Below the pieces are notes generated by a model. The model was given only the letters and a program-made list of their open reading frames with translations. It made no database searches and was not told the DNA's origin. The position numbers and the translations under genes are program-made. From a virus, in the IMG/VR virus record IMGVR_UViG_3300021963_000090, positions 1 to 64,000 of that record: a stretch of 64,000 nt of DNA; one strand, written 5' to 3'. Below are positions 27,440-38,613 of this stretch, in pieces (the first letter of the stretch is position 1; each line of letters opens with the position of its first letter).

Positions 27440-27852
27440 ACTAACTCCACTCTCGCATTCATTCCTTTTAAAGTTTCCCCGCTAGAATTTTTAATTTTAA
27501 ACACCAATGTAACGCTTGGATTTCCAGCTGCATCATACACTACAGTATTTGAAACAATTGATATATCTGACAAAGAAGGAATCCCTCTAATTCTTGCACT
27601 ACTTGACGAATCTTCTGAATCTTCAGAAGATTTAGTAAATTCAGATGATTCCACAACAAGGGCGTCGTCTGGAGAAATATCTTCTGTATCAGAATCTGCT
27701 GTGCTTAAATATAATGGAGATAAAGAGTTTCCTTGAATATAACTGACAAGGGACGGGTCCATGTCTGTAGCCTCTGGGGAATTGGTGTATAACGCAATTC
27801 TACCGCTAGAGGTTACTCCAGTTTTAGATATTCTTATTTTATCTGTAGCCAT
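27436..27852 (-). CDS. Hypothetical tail-region protein
   Basis: Start moved to MATDK (27852); TGGTATAAT lies 6 nt upstream. Confidence 0.7.
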   Translation of the reverse strand: MATDKIRISKTGVTSSGRIALYTNSPEATDMDPSLVSYIQGNSLSPLYLSTADSDTEDISPDDALVVESSEFTKSSEDSEDSSSSARIRGIPSLSDISIVSNTVVYDAAGNPSVTLVFKIKNSSGETLKGMNARVELV

Positions 27853-27872
27853 ATTTAGATTATACCATTTGG

Positions 27873-29717
27873 TCAACTATAAATTGATCTAGCTGTAATG
27901 GATGTAGAGACCCCCTCTTCAAATTGAGTATTTACGTCTGTTACTAAAAACTTTTGTGTTCCGTCTAAATTATTCTTTGGATAATTAATTGTAATTATAT
28001 CTCCAACCTCTATGGCTGGGTTCCCAAATATATCCATATTAACAGATTGTTGTTGCTTTGACCATTGATTTTTTATCCATGTAAACAAAGACTTTGCGTC
28101 AGACTCTGACTGGATCCATGTTGATTGAAATGTTGCTGGCTCTAGAACCGTGTATTCGTTTGTCGTAGTTTCAGTATATTCGTGTTGACCATTTTCTGAA
28201 ACATAAGTTCCTTCTACAAAGAAGTTGTGAGCCTCTGCCTGTAATGGGATAAACGTTCCAGCATTATTTAACACATATATCTCTGCGCCATGATTAGTAA
28301 ATCGTGAACCTAGAACGCTTGCATACCTATTAACACCAGTACTTGCATATAATGGAAGTGCTGCTGGCAATGAAAAGTTGACCTTTACCTTTCTAAGCTC
28401 TCTGGCAACCGTACCAAATTCTTCAAGCCATCCAACTTTAGATGAAGGAGAATTAAAATTAGAAGCAATTTTCTCTCCGTATAAGAAATCTATTGTGGAA
28501 GAAGCATACTGTCCGCTATACAAGCTTCTTGAAATACCGTTATTTGTTTGATTAGACTCTAAAGGAATTGCATACACATAATCAAACTTAGTTATATTTA
28601 AAGCAGAGAACATTGCAAAGTTTGACGTTGGAGATATTAATTGTTCTAGTGGATTTGTGGTTCCAGGAGTAGCAACATCAGCTGCACTAATTTTAAAATT
28701 ATTAATATAAACATCAATAACGGTGGTAGATGCTGTAATCTCAACATTAACATCTAATTTATACTGTGTAGAATGTATGACTCCGCCATAAAGCTTTCCG
28801 CTTTCTCCGTCCTGACTATCTGGCAATAGCTTCTTTTTACCATTGACTACTTTGTATATTTTTATAGACTTGTCTCTAGTGTCTTTATTACTTGAATCAG
28901 TTTGAATTTCAATAAAATACCCAGTAGTTCCTATTGAATTTGTAAAAAATCCTATGCCGCCTCCAGATAATGGGTTTATAGTTGAGCTTTCAAAAAATAT
29001 TCCTGCGCCAAAAGCATACTTCTTGTACGCAGTAGATATGTTAGTATCTTTAGTAACCAGTGCGTATTTTTCCCTATCCTTGTACTTGTTAGACAATATA
29101 AATACGGATCTGTTTACTTCTCTATTACCAGAAACAGCATAAGAAGAACCTGTTGGTAAAACAGACATTGTGGAGTTTGCGTCTCCACTATCACCTAAAG
29201 CATTTGATAAATCGCCTTGTGCTGCTAAAAGAGCAGCGTATTCGTCTGCTAAAATTTTTGCAAGCTTGGCCTTATCTAAAGCATCTGTTTCTGCAGTTGT
29301 AGTTGAAGGAGTTGTTGTTGAACTGGTTGTAGAAGTAACTCCTCCAACATTTGCAGCTTTAGGCATAGTAAAAGATTCATATGCATATTCTCCATAAGTG
29401 CCAGTTCCTCCTGTGCCACTGTGTGCCCTCATTCTTAAATAATATTTCATTCCAGGAAGCAGCCCAGTCAAAAAGATAATGCCGTCTGTATCTGTAAAAG
29501 GTCTATGATCAATAGCGCTGAATCCGCTAAAATTTGGTTCGGTAGATGCTGTTCCAGAATAGCTTCCTGGCGTAGTTATTGTAGGCCCTGCTACAATTGT
29601 TGCTTCTGTTGGGGATGTTATAATTACAGAAACAAAGGAAAGGTTATAGTTTGCGGGAACTTCAACTGTTGGCTCAGTGTATCCCCCATTAATCGTATAC
29701 CATTCATAATATCTCAT
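27873..29717 (-). CDS. Minor tail protein (tail hub C-terminal part)
   Basis: Start MRYYEW (ATGA overlap); C-terminal GNPAIEVGDIITINY is hub-like. Confidence 0.7.
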   Translation of the reverse strand: MRYYEWYTINGGYTEPTVEVPANYNLSFVSVIITSPTEATIVAGPTITTPGSYSGTASTEPNFSGFSAIDHRPFTDTDGIIFLTGLLPGMKYYLRMRAHSGTGGTGTYGEYAYESFTMPKAANVGGVTSTTSSTTTPSTTTAETDALDKAKLAKILADEYAALLAAQGDLSNALGDSGDANSTMSVLPTGSSYAVSGNREVNRSVFILSNKYKDREKYALVTKDTNISTAYKKYAFGAGIFFESSTINPLSGGGIGFFTNSIGTTGYFIEIQTDSSNKDTRDKSIKIYKVVNGKKKLLPDSQDGESGKLYGGVIHSTQYKLDVNVEITASTTVIDVYINNFKISAADVATPGTTNPLEQLISPTSNFAMFSALNITKFDYVYAIPLESNQTNNGISRSLYSGQYASSTIDFLYGEKIASNFNSPSSKVGWLEEFGTVARELRKVKVNFSLPAALPLYASTGVNRYASVLGSRFTNHGAEIYVLNNAGTFIPLQAEAHNFFVEGTYVSENGQHEYTETTTNEYTVLEPATFQSTWIQSESDAKSLFTWIKNQWSKQQQSVNMDIFGNPAIEVGDIITINYPKNNLDGTQKFLVTDVNTQFEEGVSTSITARSIYS

Positions 29718-31618
29718 ACCCAGGTCACGTCGTATCCGCTCCATGAATCAATTATGTTTTGAGCAGCAGCATAATGTGTTTCTACTCTAGTGTTTAGAGC
29801 TCCTCTAGTTTTAATTCTATATTTACCGCTTGGGGCAAGGGCTCCGCCTTGAATGGCTAAACCTAAATATTTATTATTGTCTGTTTTACTTTTTAAGTCA
29901 ACAAATTGTTTTGTTCCATTAAGATCAACATACTCAAATTGCACTGCATCGTATTCAATAATTTCAGAACCGATAACTAAATACCCTGAATAGTTATAAA
30001 GAGTTAGCCCTAACTCCTCTGGGTTTACAACTGAAGGAGATAGGTTAATATATCCTCCTGGTCCAGTTGTTGATAGTAGGTCGTTGTTGAGAGCCATAGC
30101 TCCTAGAAAGTATGGGTCAGACTTCCATATATCTTGTGCGCTTTGAACATAGTTTGATGTTGATACGCTATTCCAAAATACTTTGACCTGGTTTGCTGAA
30201 GGCAAATCATTTTTATTAAAACTTAATATATTAGAAAGATTTGATTCAGAGCTCTCGCTTCTAAACGACCAGCTTGTTGTTCTTGTAGAATCAAATATCC
30301 AATTTCTACTATAGAATTGCAATACGTTATTATATGAAAACACTGCAGTCATTTGAGTATCACGGCATAACTCCTGCAAACAATCCCATACGGTCTTTGT
30401 ATTATCGCTCCACCAGTATCTTGGAGTAATAATAGAATCATCACTTGTCTTTATATTAATTTTATAATTTGTAAATCCTATAGAATCTAGCAACCTTCTA
30501 ATGATAGCAGTAATAGAATAGTTTTCGCAGAATAAAGGAGGAGCCATTGTTTCCTGCAATATCTTTGCACCATCTAATGCGGTTAATGATATTTCCCCAT
30601 ATTCTGAAAAGGACCATGTGTCTGCATAGAAAACTCCCTGCAGTATATTATCATAGCTACCCATAGAATCAGATAGAGCTCCGCCAGAATTATAAAGTTT
30701 TATAAATGGCTTTATTTCCATTTGTTTGTATAAATAAATCTTTGATGAATCTAAGGTAAATGTTTTATCATAACTTACAAGTTTTCTCGTGGACTCATAA
30801 GAAATCAAGCTGATGCCTAAAGAGTTTGCAGAAACTTTTCCAACTGGCATCAGTTCCTCAGAGCTTGTCGATGACTCTTTAGATATATCAAATGATACTA
30901 AATGCTCTGTCGCATCAACAACCCATTTAGGAGACAGTTCAATTAGCCCGACGTATTTGCCAGAAACTCCAGATGAAGTTATTTTTAAACTTGTAAGGCT
31001 TACTGGAGAGGCTGGTGTAGATGGCTCTGTCGTGCTCCAAGATGTTCCATTGTAATATATTGTTACTGTTCCTGCATCATAATTCTTATCTCCATTGGTT
31101 GTAAATGGAACAATTGCAGAACTTGATCCTGTAGCCAACTGAGATCCATTGCCAAATATAGTCCATGTGCTGGGGGTAGAATGTGATAATTCAAATCTAG
31201 CAACTATCTTATTAGTTAAAATTGTTTTAGGATAGTTTATAGTAACATCTATTCCAGTATTTAATGCTGATATATAATACTTATAAGTAGTATCTACTCC
31301 AGGGTAATATATTCTAAAGTTTGGAATATAATCGATAGATCTAGGATTCTTCCATCCGCTATCAACATCTCCAGATATAGCATATTTTAATCCCGCCCCT
31401 TGTGGTCTAAATGGCTTAATAATAGAATCTACTGGGAATAATTTTTTAAATGGAGTATATGTTTGTCCAGATGAATCTGTCTTTGTTATATCCGCCCCAG
31501 ATACCGTAATATTATCAACCATTGAATTCATATTATACTCAAATCTAAGGGATGTACCCATAGAGACTGATGTATTTTGTTCTAAGGTATTCTTAGCGGC
31601 AGTAGTTAAAGGATACAT
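29714..31618 (-). CDS. Minor tail protein (tail hub/tip N-terminal part)
   Basis: Second gene after the tape measure; TVWDCLQELCR..LQFYSR is hub-like. Confidence 0.75.
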   Translation of the reverse strand: MYPLTTAAKNTLEQNTSVSMGTSLRFEYNMNSMVDNITVSGADITKTDSSGQTYTPFKKLFPVDSIIKPFRPQGAGLKYAISGDVDSGWKNPRSIDYIPNFRIYYPGVDTTYKYYISALNTGIDVTINYPKTILTNKIVARFELSHSTPSTWTIFGNGSQLATGSSSAIVPFTTNGDKNYDAGTVTIYYNGTSWSTTEPSTPASPVSLTSLKITSSGVSGKYVGLIELSPKWVVDATEHLVSFDISKESSTSSEELMPVGKVSANSLGISLISYESTRKLVSYDKTFTLDSSKIYLYKQMEIKPFIKLYNSGGALSDSMGSYDNILQGVFYADTWSFSEYGEISLTALDGAKILQETMAPPLFCENYSITAIIRRLLDSIGFTNYKINIKTSDDSIITPRYWWSDNTKTVWDCLQELCRDTQMTAVFSYNNVLQFYSRNWIFDSTRTTSWSFRSESSESNLSNILSFNKNDLPSANQVKVFWNSVSTSNYVQSAQDIWKSDPYFLGAMALNNDLLSTTGPGGYINLSPSVVNPEELGLTLYNYSGYLVIGSEIIEYDAVQFEYVDLNGTKQFVDLKSKTDNNKYLGLAIQGGALAPSGKYRIKTRGALNTRVETHYAAAQNIIDSWSGYDVTWV

Positions 31619-32088
31619 TAGACCTCATCCAGTGATAGGGACACGTTCCAATGTGGCTGCAAACCTCTTTTAACAACCGTAAAATTACATGATGAGATGA
31701 TTACTGTATAGGCCTCAAAACCCGTTGTAGACTGATCTGAGCCTGTTTTAGCCAGGTTCACCCTTATGTTAAAGCTCTGCTTGCCTTCGTCCCCATAATA
31801 GAAAGATCTAAGGTCTTCTGCTCCCCATCCACCGTCCACAGTCAATGTTCTATAAGATGGCAACATGTCCCAAGAAAGCTGAAATTTTCTTTTATCAGCA
31901 ATGTGGTTTTTTCTTAATGTACCGTTAGATGTTCTAACAATTTTTTCAATTCTTTCAGTGCCGAGCTCAAGGGCACTTCTATTATGCTCAGTTACTTTAT
32001 TCCAAGTTTTTGTTGTGCCAGCAGGGGAGGCTAAAAGATCTTTAGCTTCAATATAAAGGATAGAACCTCTAGGCAAAAACATTGACAT
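31618..32088 (-). CDS. Distal tail protein (Dit-like)
   Basis: Immediately after the tape measure; RTSNGTLR..LSWDMLP..SLSLDEV. Confidence 0.7.
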   Translation of the reverse strand: MSMFLPRGSILYIEAKDLLASPAGTTKTWNKVTEHNRSALELGTERIEKIVRTSNGTLRKNHIADKRKFQLSWDMLPSYRTLTVDGGWGAEDLRSFYYGDEGKQSFNIRVNLAKTGSDQSTTGFEAYTVIISSCNFTVVKRGLQPHWNVSLSLDEV

Positions 32089-35000
32089 TAGTAATTACCC
32101 CCAAGAGTTCTAGATCTTCCTTCTTTAGCATTGACTAAGGCCAACTCAGCCTTGAACCTTCTCATTATATCATCTGCGGTAACGTTTGTCCCATTTAAAT
32201 CAATATCAATATTATAAACAATATTGCTGCTTGAAGAGTTGCCCATACCAGATATATTTCCAATTCTTCCACTTGGAATATTGTAGCTTGCCCCCAAAAT
32301 ATTATTTGGAATTATTTGACCTCCAGATGAAGGAACAAATAGCTCTGGACCACGCTCTCCTACAAGATACGGTTGGGAGCCTGTCATTCCAGAAACCCCA
32401 GATGCAGCACGTCTTACATATCCGCCCATTGCTTTTCTTACTGCTTTTGGTAATAATATTTTTGCATCAGCGCCAATTGTGGTTCTATATTCTTCTGAGC
32501 CGTATTTAAAAGTATCATTTTTTTTCATATTATAATAATTTAATAACACTTCTCTTGCGTCATCGGTCAGATATCCATCTTTATCTGTAGACTTCTTTGC
32601 AGCAGAAGAAATTATACCTAATCTATCAGACATAGAGTATTTAGCAGGATCTGCTTGAACAGCCTTAATTGCCTTTTGAAGATCTTCTGGAGTAATAGTT
32701 CTAGATTTACTTTCCCCCTTTGCCATTATATTATATATATCAGTCAAGCTTCTATTATCTTTACCCATAAGATCAAGTGAAAATGACGACATGCTTCCAG
32801 ATAAAGCTTTTAGGTTATCAAATGCTCCGCCCATTGTAACTTCGCCCCGCCTTGGAAACATGTATGTTTTGCTTTCAGCTGGGATATACTTACCTTTAGC
32901 ATCTTTGTTCAAGTAATTGCTAAAAGCTTCTGCCACATATTTATCTAAATTTGCGGCTTTAGCAACATCTTGCATAACATTTGAAAACAACATTTTAATC
33001 TCTGCTTCTTGAGACTTATAGTCTTTAGACTTAGGATTAAGCATAGAAAGCCTTGTGCCTAGGCTTGTTATTTGATTTGTAAGATCAGAAATAGTTTTAG
33101 CAGACTTTGCAAGATTGGTTGCCGCATTCTGGTTGGTATTAACATTTTGACCAGCCTTGTCTTTTGCTGCTGCATCATCATCTAATAGTTTTTGCTGAAT
33201 AGCTTCTTCTTTTCTAGCTTTTTCATCATAGTTTGCTTCTGCTATTCTAATGCTTGCTTCTTTTTGAATCTGCTGAATTCTAATTTGTGCAGCTGCTGCA
33301 GCCTCATTATCTCCACGAGCAATTGCAGATTGTAGGTCTAGCTTGGCTTGTTGTAATTCTAATTCTGCATTTTCACGATCAAATGTTTCTCTAAGGGCTC
33401 TCTTTCTGGCTTCTGCTCTCTCCCTAATAGCTTTAATTTCATCTTGTATTGCTTTTATTTTTGCTTTATCTAATCCAGCGGTTCCCTTTGCTCCCTTTTC
33501 GGCTGCTGTTTGAGCTGCCTTTTGAAGATCAGTAACTTTCTTTAATGTTGGCGCCACATTTGCAACACCATTAAGATTATTTCCAACAAGGAGTGCTGTG
33601 TCTGCTGCTGCCTGTAATCCCGCCTCAAATGTCGCTAATGTTTCTGCTTGAGCTGAACTGATTGCTTTTAAATCAATCTTAACGCCAGCCAGCATTAATC
33701 TCCACTTAGCATACATTCCGCCAATTGTATCTGATTTATTTAATATATTTGCAAACTCTGGCCTCTGGGCTTTTAATGTTTTAAGTGTTTCTTCACCCAA
33801 CTTATTATTTTTTATTCCAGACTCAGTCATTTTTTCAAACTGTATGGCTATTGCTCCTGCTTCGTCTAGCACCTTGCCAGATTCATCTTTAGTTCCAATT
33901 AAAGAACTGACAGCTGCATCTAATGAAGTTATAGCAGTATCGACATTTGAAGCAAATGCTGACGGATCTATCTCGGTAACATCTTTAATGTTTTGAGCTA
34001 AATTCTTTAATACAAATGATGCGGCAGAGCCTTTATCTGTAATTCCAGCAAATGCTTTATTGCTTATTGCTGATACTCCCATACCAGCTTTATCTGAAGC
34101 TTCAACAAGGGCGTAAATAAGGTTAGTTGCTTCTTCTACACTCTTTCCACTAGCTAGCATTTGAGCCTTTAGGTTTGCGGCTAAGTCATTTACTTTGCTT
34201 GCGTCTATGTTATTAAAGGTGTCTATCATTTCTGGCATATCTGTTTTTACACGTTCTTTTAATTCTTTAAGCTGCTGAATTGTTAAAGTTAATCCCTTAA
34301 CGCCAGAGGAACTATAGGACTCAAAGTAAGAACGTGCTTTATCTGCTGCAAGTTTTTGCTCTTCACGTAATAATTTTATTTTATCAGTAAGACTTGTATA
34401 TTTAATTCCAAGCTCTTTGGCACCTTTTTCTGTAATACCATTAAGGGCTATAGAATCTCTTTTTGCATCAGCAACATTTTTTCTCCACGCCTGGAATGCT
34501 TTAACTAAACCAATAATCGCTGCTATTGCTATTCCGCCAGGGAGTGCTCTAGTTAGTAAAACTAATCCAGATCTAACAACAGATATTATTTTTGTCATGC
34601 TGGTAAATCCAGATATGATTTTAGGAACAATTGCTAAGACTTTTGTAAGTCCTCCTGGAGCAATCATTGGAAGTATCGATGCCATTTGCATAACAGTTCC
34701 AGCTGTTCCACCCATCATTTGTCCGCCAAACTGCATAGCCATACCTGCGCCCATTCCAGCCATTGGACTCATTCCACCGCCTGCACGGGGCCTTGTTAAA
34801 GATTGACCAAAAAATCCCTTTGATCTTGCTTCTTGAAATACGTTTGGTCTTTTAGGTCCGTAAACTGGACCTCCATCTTCGTATCCTTGAACCATTCCGC
34901 CCATATTATATTTATTACCATTAGCAGAAGGAACCATCCCTCCACTGTTAAATCTTATTGCTCCTGGAATTCTTCTGCCTGGTGCAAATCTTCCAGCTGA

Positions 35001-38000
35001 TGCCAGGCCTCTTCCGATAGCTCTTGGATTAGCAATTCCTCTTATAAAACCCATAGATCTAGACAACATAGATGTATTTTTTTGAAATTCCATATCGTCA
35101 AGATGTGCCCAAACTTGATTAGTGCCGAACTGTGCTCCTCTTGTTGCGCCAGCACCGTAGTTACTTGGTCGTTGACCTGGAATATTAATTCCAGTGGGGC
35201 TTGATCCACCACGCTTATTAGCTTGAGCTTGTGTTTCTCCAGGCCTTGGGGTCCTTCTGGTATCTCTTCTTCCAGGAGTCATTCTATCTTTTTGATAAGC
35301 AAGGCTTATCCCTGGGAATCTTGATTCCAATGCTTTTACTTTTGAGTCTATGGAATTAAATGCAATTTGTCCAAGTCCAGCGTCTCTATATTTTCCTGTT
35401 GGAACAATTTTTGAAGCCATATCCTTAGCTACTGCATTCATAATACCTTTTGTTTCTTGTGGAGAAACTCCATTGTGCAACAAGAAATCTTCTAGATCAA
35501 TTAATCTTCCTGGCTCTTGTAAAGCAGCAATAATGTCTGCACCATTTGCACCACTGCCTCCCAGTTTTCCCGCAAGGGCGTCGTTCAGTGACTGTGGAAG
35601 AATCATTCCCCATCTGCCAACTAAATTAGCTTCTTTGCTGCTTCTACTGTTATATCCAAAAGAACCAAGTATGCTATTTGAAACGCCTGATGGCATATAG
35701 CCATCATTTGAAGATCCCAGATATCCACCATCATTTATTGATTTAAGTAAACCTAGATTTGCCTGAGTTGCCTCTTTATTTACAACGAACTCTCCAGGAG
35801 TAAGAATTGCTGGAACAATATCCCTATTTACATTTGGTCCAGGAACAATGTTTCCATCGTTCATAGTATAAACATAACCACCAGAATTCATCTTGCGTGG
35901 AACTGTTGTTTCAATATTATAACCAGCGCCTGATGTTCTTACCCCAAGTGCGCCTGCTACTTTATTTATAAAATCTCTAGTTCTTCCTTTTTTGAAAAGC
36001 TCTCTCATATTAGACTTTCCAGTAGGATCAACAACTGGCTGATTTAATGTAGGAACCATAGTAGGATTAATAGTTCTGCCCATTGCTGCTGCCTGTGTTG
36101 TAACAGCAGAAGAAATCATTCTTTCTGTTTCTAAGTTAAGAGCAATAATTTTTGCTTTAGCAGACTCTACTGTTAATTTACCTGCACGAAGTTCTGCAAC
36201 AATTAATGCAGACTCTCTGGCAGCATTATCTGTTAATTTAGATACAACTGGAAGTATGTCGTCAAACTGCATCATAAATTCTCTGCTTACTGTACCAGTA
36301 GCAACAATTTGTTTCTTTAATGCTTCAATTTCTGCCTTTGACTGCATAGCAAGTGTGGCCATCATGGAATGCCATCTTGCCGCCTCTCCTGAAACTATAC
36401 CAGTTGAAACTCCGCCAACAGATGTAAGTCCTGGAACATTTGGCAAAGCATCGTTCATGTAAATCTGAGGATTTTGTCCAATCTTCTGATTTACCATTCC
36501 AGATCCTGGAACCATTCCAAACATTGTCTGTGCAAGTCTTTCTTGCTCTGTCATTCCAGATCTTGGAACCATATGTGAACTTGCTCTTGTTCCCATTGGA
36601 CCTACTAATGGATGTTGTGGATTTACAACTCTTCCGCCGCCTGCGGCCATAACTAAATTTCCAGCCATTGTTGATACTGCTGGATTTACACTAAGTGCTC
36701 CTGCTTTTGCTTTTGCTTCTAGTACTGAAAACTCATCAATTAAGTTTCCTAATGCTTGTTTTAATACTGCCGCTGCTTTTGCATCGCTATAGAATGATTG
36801 TTCAACTAATTTACCAGCTTTTTCTGCAGCCAAAATTTCTGGTGTAAGATATTTCCATCCTTCTCCGCCTTTAAAGAATGCCTTCATATGGAAGACGCCC
36901 TTCATCATGTATCCAAAGAAGTTAGCAAGAACACCAGTAATCATAATCAATGGACCAGCTATTGCTGTAACTCCACCAAGAAGTGCTAGTATTTGTTTTA
37001 CTGGTCCAGGCAAATTATTTGCAAACTGTACAACCTTATCAATTACCTGAATAAGAGCTGTGTTAATAGTTAAGAATTGCTCACCAACATCTGCTAAAGA
37101 TGCCTTTAAGCTTTCTAATGCTCTACGGTATTTACCTGAAGCAGATTCTGTAACTGCTGTTAATTCTCGACCTGCAACTGCAGCTAATTCGTCTGACGAA
37201 GCCTTCATAAGATCTAATACCTGAAGAGTCTGGCTTCCTTGTCTTCCCAGATTTTCAAATAAAGCATTCAATCTTGAGAACTGGAATTTACCAAACAACT
37301 GCTCAATTGCCTGTTGCTTCTGTAGCGGATTGAGAGTATCTAATGCGCTCTGCAACGCCATAAGAGTTCCCGTTAAGTTGCCAGCGTTATTATTAACAAT
37401 TCCTAAAAGATCTATACCTAAAGTTTTAAACTTTCCTACTGCAACATCGGTTGGGTTAATCAGAGATGCGAGAGCTGACTTTAAGGCGTTTGCTCCTTCT
37501 GATGCATTAACTCCACCTTCACGCATCGCTGTTAGATACAAGGCTAGATCTTCTATGCTTCCGCCCAATCCTTTAATGATAGGTCCAGCCTTTGGAATAG
37601 CCTCTACTAAGTCATTAAGAGTTGTCGATGTTTGGTTTTCAACTGCGTTTAAAAAGTTAATTGATTGAGAAAGCTCATCTGTATTCTGTTTAAATGCTGA
37701 CTGTATTGCTAGCGTTGCCTTCATTGCATCTTGACGATCTACTTCACCAAGCACTGCAAGTCTTGTTGTTTCTTTAATAGAGCCTAAAAGCTCATCTCCA
37801 GTTTTACCTGTTGCTGCAATGTCCGCAGCTAGACCAATTGTTTCTTTAAAGCTAACACCCATAGCAGCAGAAATTTCTTTAGCCGTTTGAGTAACATCTT
37901 CTCTAACTTTACCAAGTTCCTGGGCTGAAGTTCCAGCCACATCACCGTACACCTTTGTAAGTCTTACAAGCTCTTGATCTGCTTGTCTAAATGCATCGGC

Positions 38001-38603
38001 TGCCGCTTTACCAAAAGCTGCCAATGGTACGGTTAAGCCTACTGTTAACTGACGACCAGCCCACTGAGTATTCTTACCCCAGTTAATAAGTTGTCCAGCA
38101 CCATCCTGAATAACCTTATTCATAATCTGCAATTCTTGTCTTGCAATTGCAGTCTTATTCTTTACTTCATCGAGACCTCTTGGAACATGCACATTGAACT
38201 GCATTAATCCTTGAGCGTTTCTGCCTAGTGGTTGTAGTACTGCATTCTGTAGAGCTACTTGCTGCTTAGCAAGGTCTCTAATTAATCCGCCAGTTCCTTG
38301 AGCATGCTGTCTAAATGTATTAAAGTATTGATTTAGCTTTAGCTTTCCGCCATCTAAATTTTTACCAAACTTTTCTACATCTGACTGTAAGCTTACGAAG
38401 TGTGTTGAGAACTGGCCTGTACTTCTTAGTGTGTCCGAAAAGGACCTGTTCATTACGGCAATTTGATTTGCCAACATCTTGTTAGAGTTAGCTAACTGCT
38501 CCTGCAATTTAGATAGGCTTGCAGTAACCTTATGCACATCGGCAATAAGGGCTGAGAAGTCGGCGTTAGCGACTATGCGGGTACTGATTGTTTCGTCAGC
38601 CAT
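32088..38603 (-). CDS. Tape measure protein (TP901-type core), 2171 aa
   Basis: Long Ala/Gly/Leu-rich helical ORF after the tail chaperones; core AVENQT..ASEGANALKS; C-terminal VGERGPELFVP. Confidence 0.95.
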   Translation of the reverse strand: MADETISTRIVANADFSALIADVHKVTASLSKLQEQLANSNKMLANQIAVMNRSFSDTLRSTGQFSTHFVSLQSDVEKFGKNLDGGKLKLNQYFNTFRQHAQGTGGLIRDLAKQQVALQNAVLQPLGRNAQGLMQFNVHVPRGLDEVKNKTAIARQELQIMNKVIQDGAGQLINWGKNTQWAGRQLTVGLTVPLAAFGKAAADAFRQADQELVRLTKVYGDVAGTSAQELGKVREDVTQTAKEISAAMGVSFKETIGLAADIAATGKTGDELLGSIKETTRLAVLGEVDRQDAMKATLAIQSAFKQNTDELSQSINFLNAVENQTSTTLNDLVEAIPKAGPIIKGLGGSIEDLALYLTAMREGGVNASEGANALKSALASLINPTDVAVGKFKTLGIDLLGIVNNNAGNLTGTLMALQSALDTLNPLQKQQAIEQLFGKFQFSRLNALFENLGRQGSQTLQVLDLMKASSDELAAVAGRELTAVTESASGKYRRALESLKASLADVGEQFLTINTALIQVIDKVVQFANNLPGPVKQILALLGGVTAIAGPLIMITGVLANFFGYMMKGVFHMKAFFKGGEGWKYLTPEILAAEKAGKLVEQSFYSDAKAAAVLKQALGNLIDEFSVLEAKAKAGALSVNPAVSTMAGNLVMAAGGGRVVNPQHPLVGPMGTRASSHMVPRSGMTEQERLAQTMFGMVPGSGMVNQKIGQNPQIYMNDALPNVPGLTSVGGVSTGIVSGEAARWHSMMATLAMQSKAEIEALKKQIVATGTVSREFMMQFDDILPVVSKLTDNAARESALIVAELRAGKLTVESAKAKIIALNLETERMISSAVTTQAAAMGRTINPTMVPTLNQPVVDPTGKSNMRELFKKGRTRDFINKVAGALGVRTSGAGYNIETTVPRKMNSGGYVYTMNDGNIVPGPNVNRDIVPAILTPGEFVVNKEATQANLGLLKSINDGGYLGSSNDGYMPSGVSNSILGSFGYNSRSSKEANLVGRWGMILPQSLNDALAGKLGGSGANGADIIAALQEPGRLIDLEDFLLHNGVSPQETKGIMNAVAKDMASKIVPTGKYRDAGLGQIAFNSIDSKVKALESRFPGISLAYQKDRMTPGRRDTRRTPRPGETQAQANKRGGSSPTGINIPGQRPSNYGAGATRGAQFGTNQVWAHLDDMEFQKNTSMLSRSMGFIRGIANPRAIGRGLASAGRFAPGRRIPGAIRFNSGGMVPSANGNKYNMGGMVQGYEDGGPVYGPKRPNVFQEARSKGFFGQSLTRPRAGGGMSPMAGMGAGMAMQFGGQMMGGTAGTVMQMASILPMIAPGGLTKVLAIVPKIISGFTSMTKIISVVRSGLVLLTRALPGGIAIAAIIGLVKAFQAWRKNVADAKRDSIALNGITEKGAKELGIKYTSLTDKIKLLREEQKLAADKARSYFESYSSSGVKGLTLTIQQLKELKERVKTDMPEMIDTFNNIDASKVNDLAANLKAQMLASGKSVEEATNLIYALVEASDKAGMGVSAISNKAFAGITDKGSAASFVLKNLAQNIKDVTEIDPSAFASNVDTAITSLDAAVSSLIGTKDESGKVLDEAGAIAIQFEKMTESGIKNNKLGEETLKTLKAQRPEFANILNKSDTIGGMYAKWRLMLAGVKIDLKAISSAQAETLATFEAGLQAAADTALLVGNNLNGVANVAPTLKKVTDLQKAAQTAAEKGAKGTAGLDKAKIKAIQDEIKAIRERAEARKRALRETFDRENAELELQQAKLDLQSAIARGDNEAAAAAQIRIQQIQKEASIRIAEANYDEKARKEEAIQQKLLDDDAAAKDKAGQNVNTNQNAATNLAKSAKTISDLTNQITSLGTRLSMLNPKSKDYKSQEAEIKMLFSNVMQDVAKAANLDKYVAEAFSNYLNKDAKGKYIPAESKTYMFPRRGEVTMGGAFDNLKALSGSMSSFSLDLMGKDNRSLTDIYNIMAKGESKSRTITPEDLQKAIKAVQADPAKYSMSDRLGIISSAAKKSTDKDGYLTDDAREVLLNYYNMKKNDTFKYGSEEYRTTIGADAKILLPKAVRKAMGGYVRRAASGVSGMTGSQPYLVGERGPELFVPSSGGQIIPNNILGASYNIPSGRIGNISGMGNSSSSNIVYNIDIDLNGTNVTADDIMRRFKAELALVNAKEGRSRTLGGNY

Positions 38604-38613
38604 TTATCTCCAG

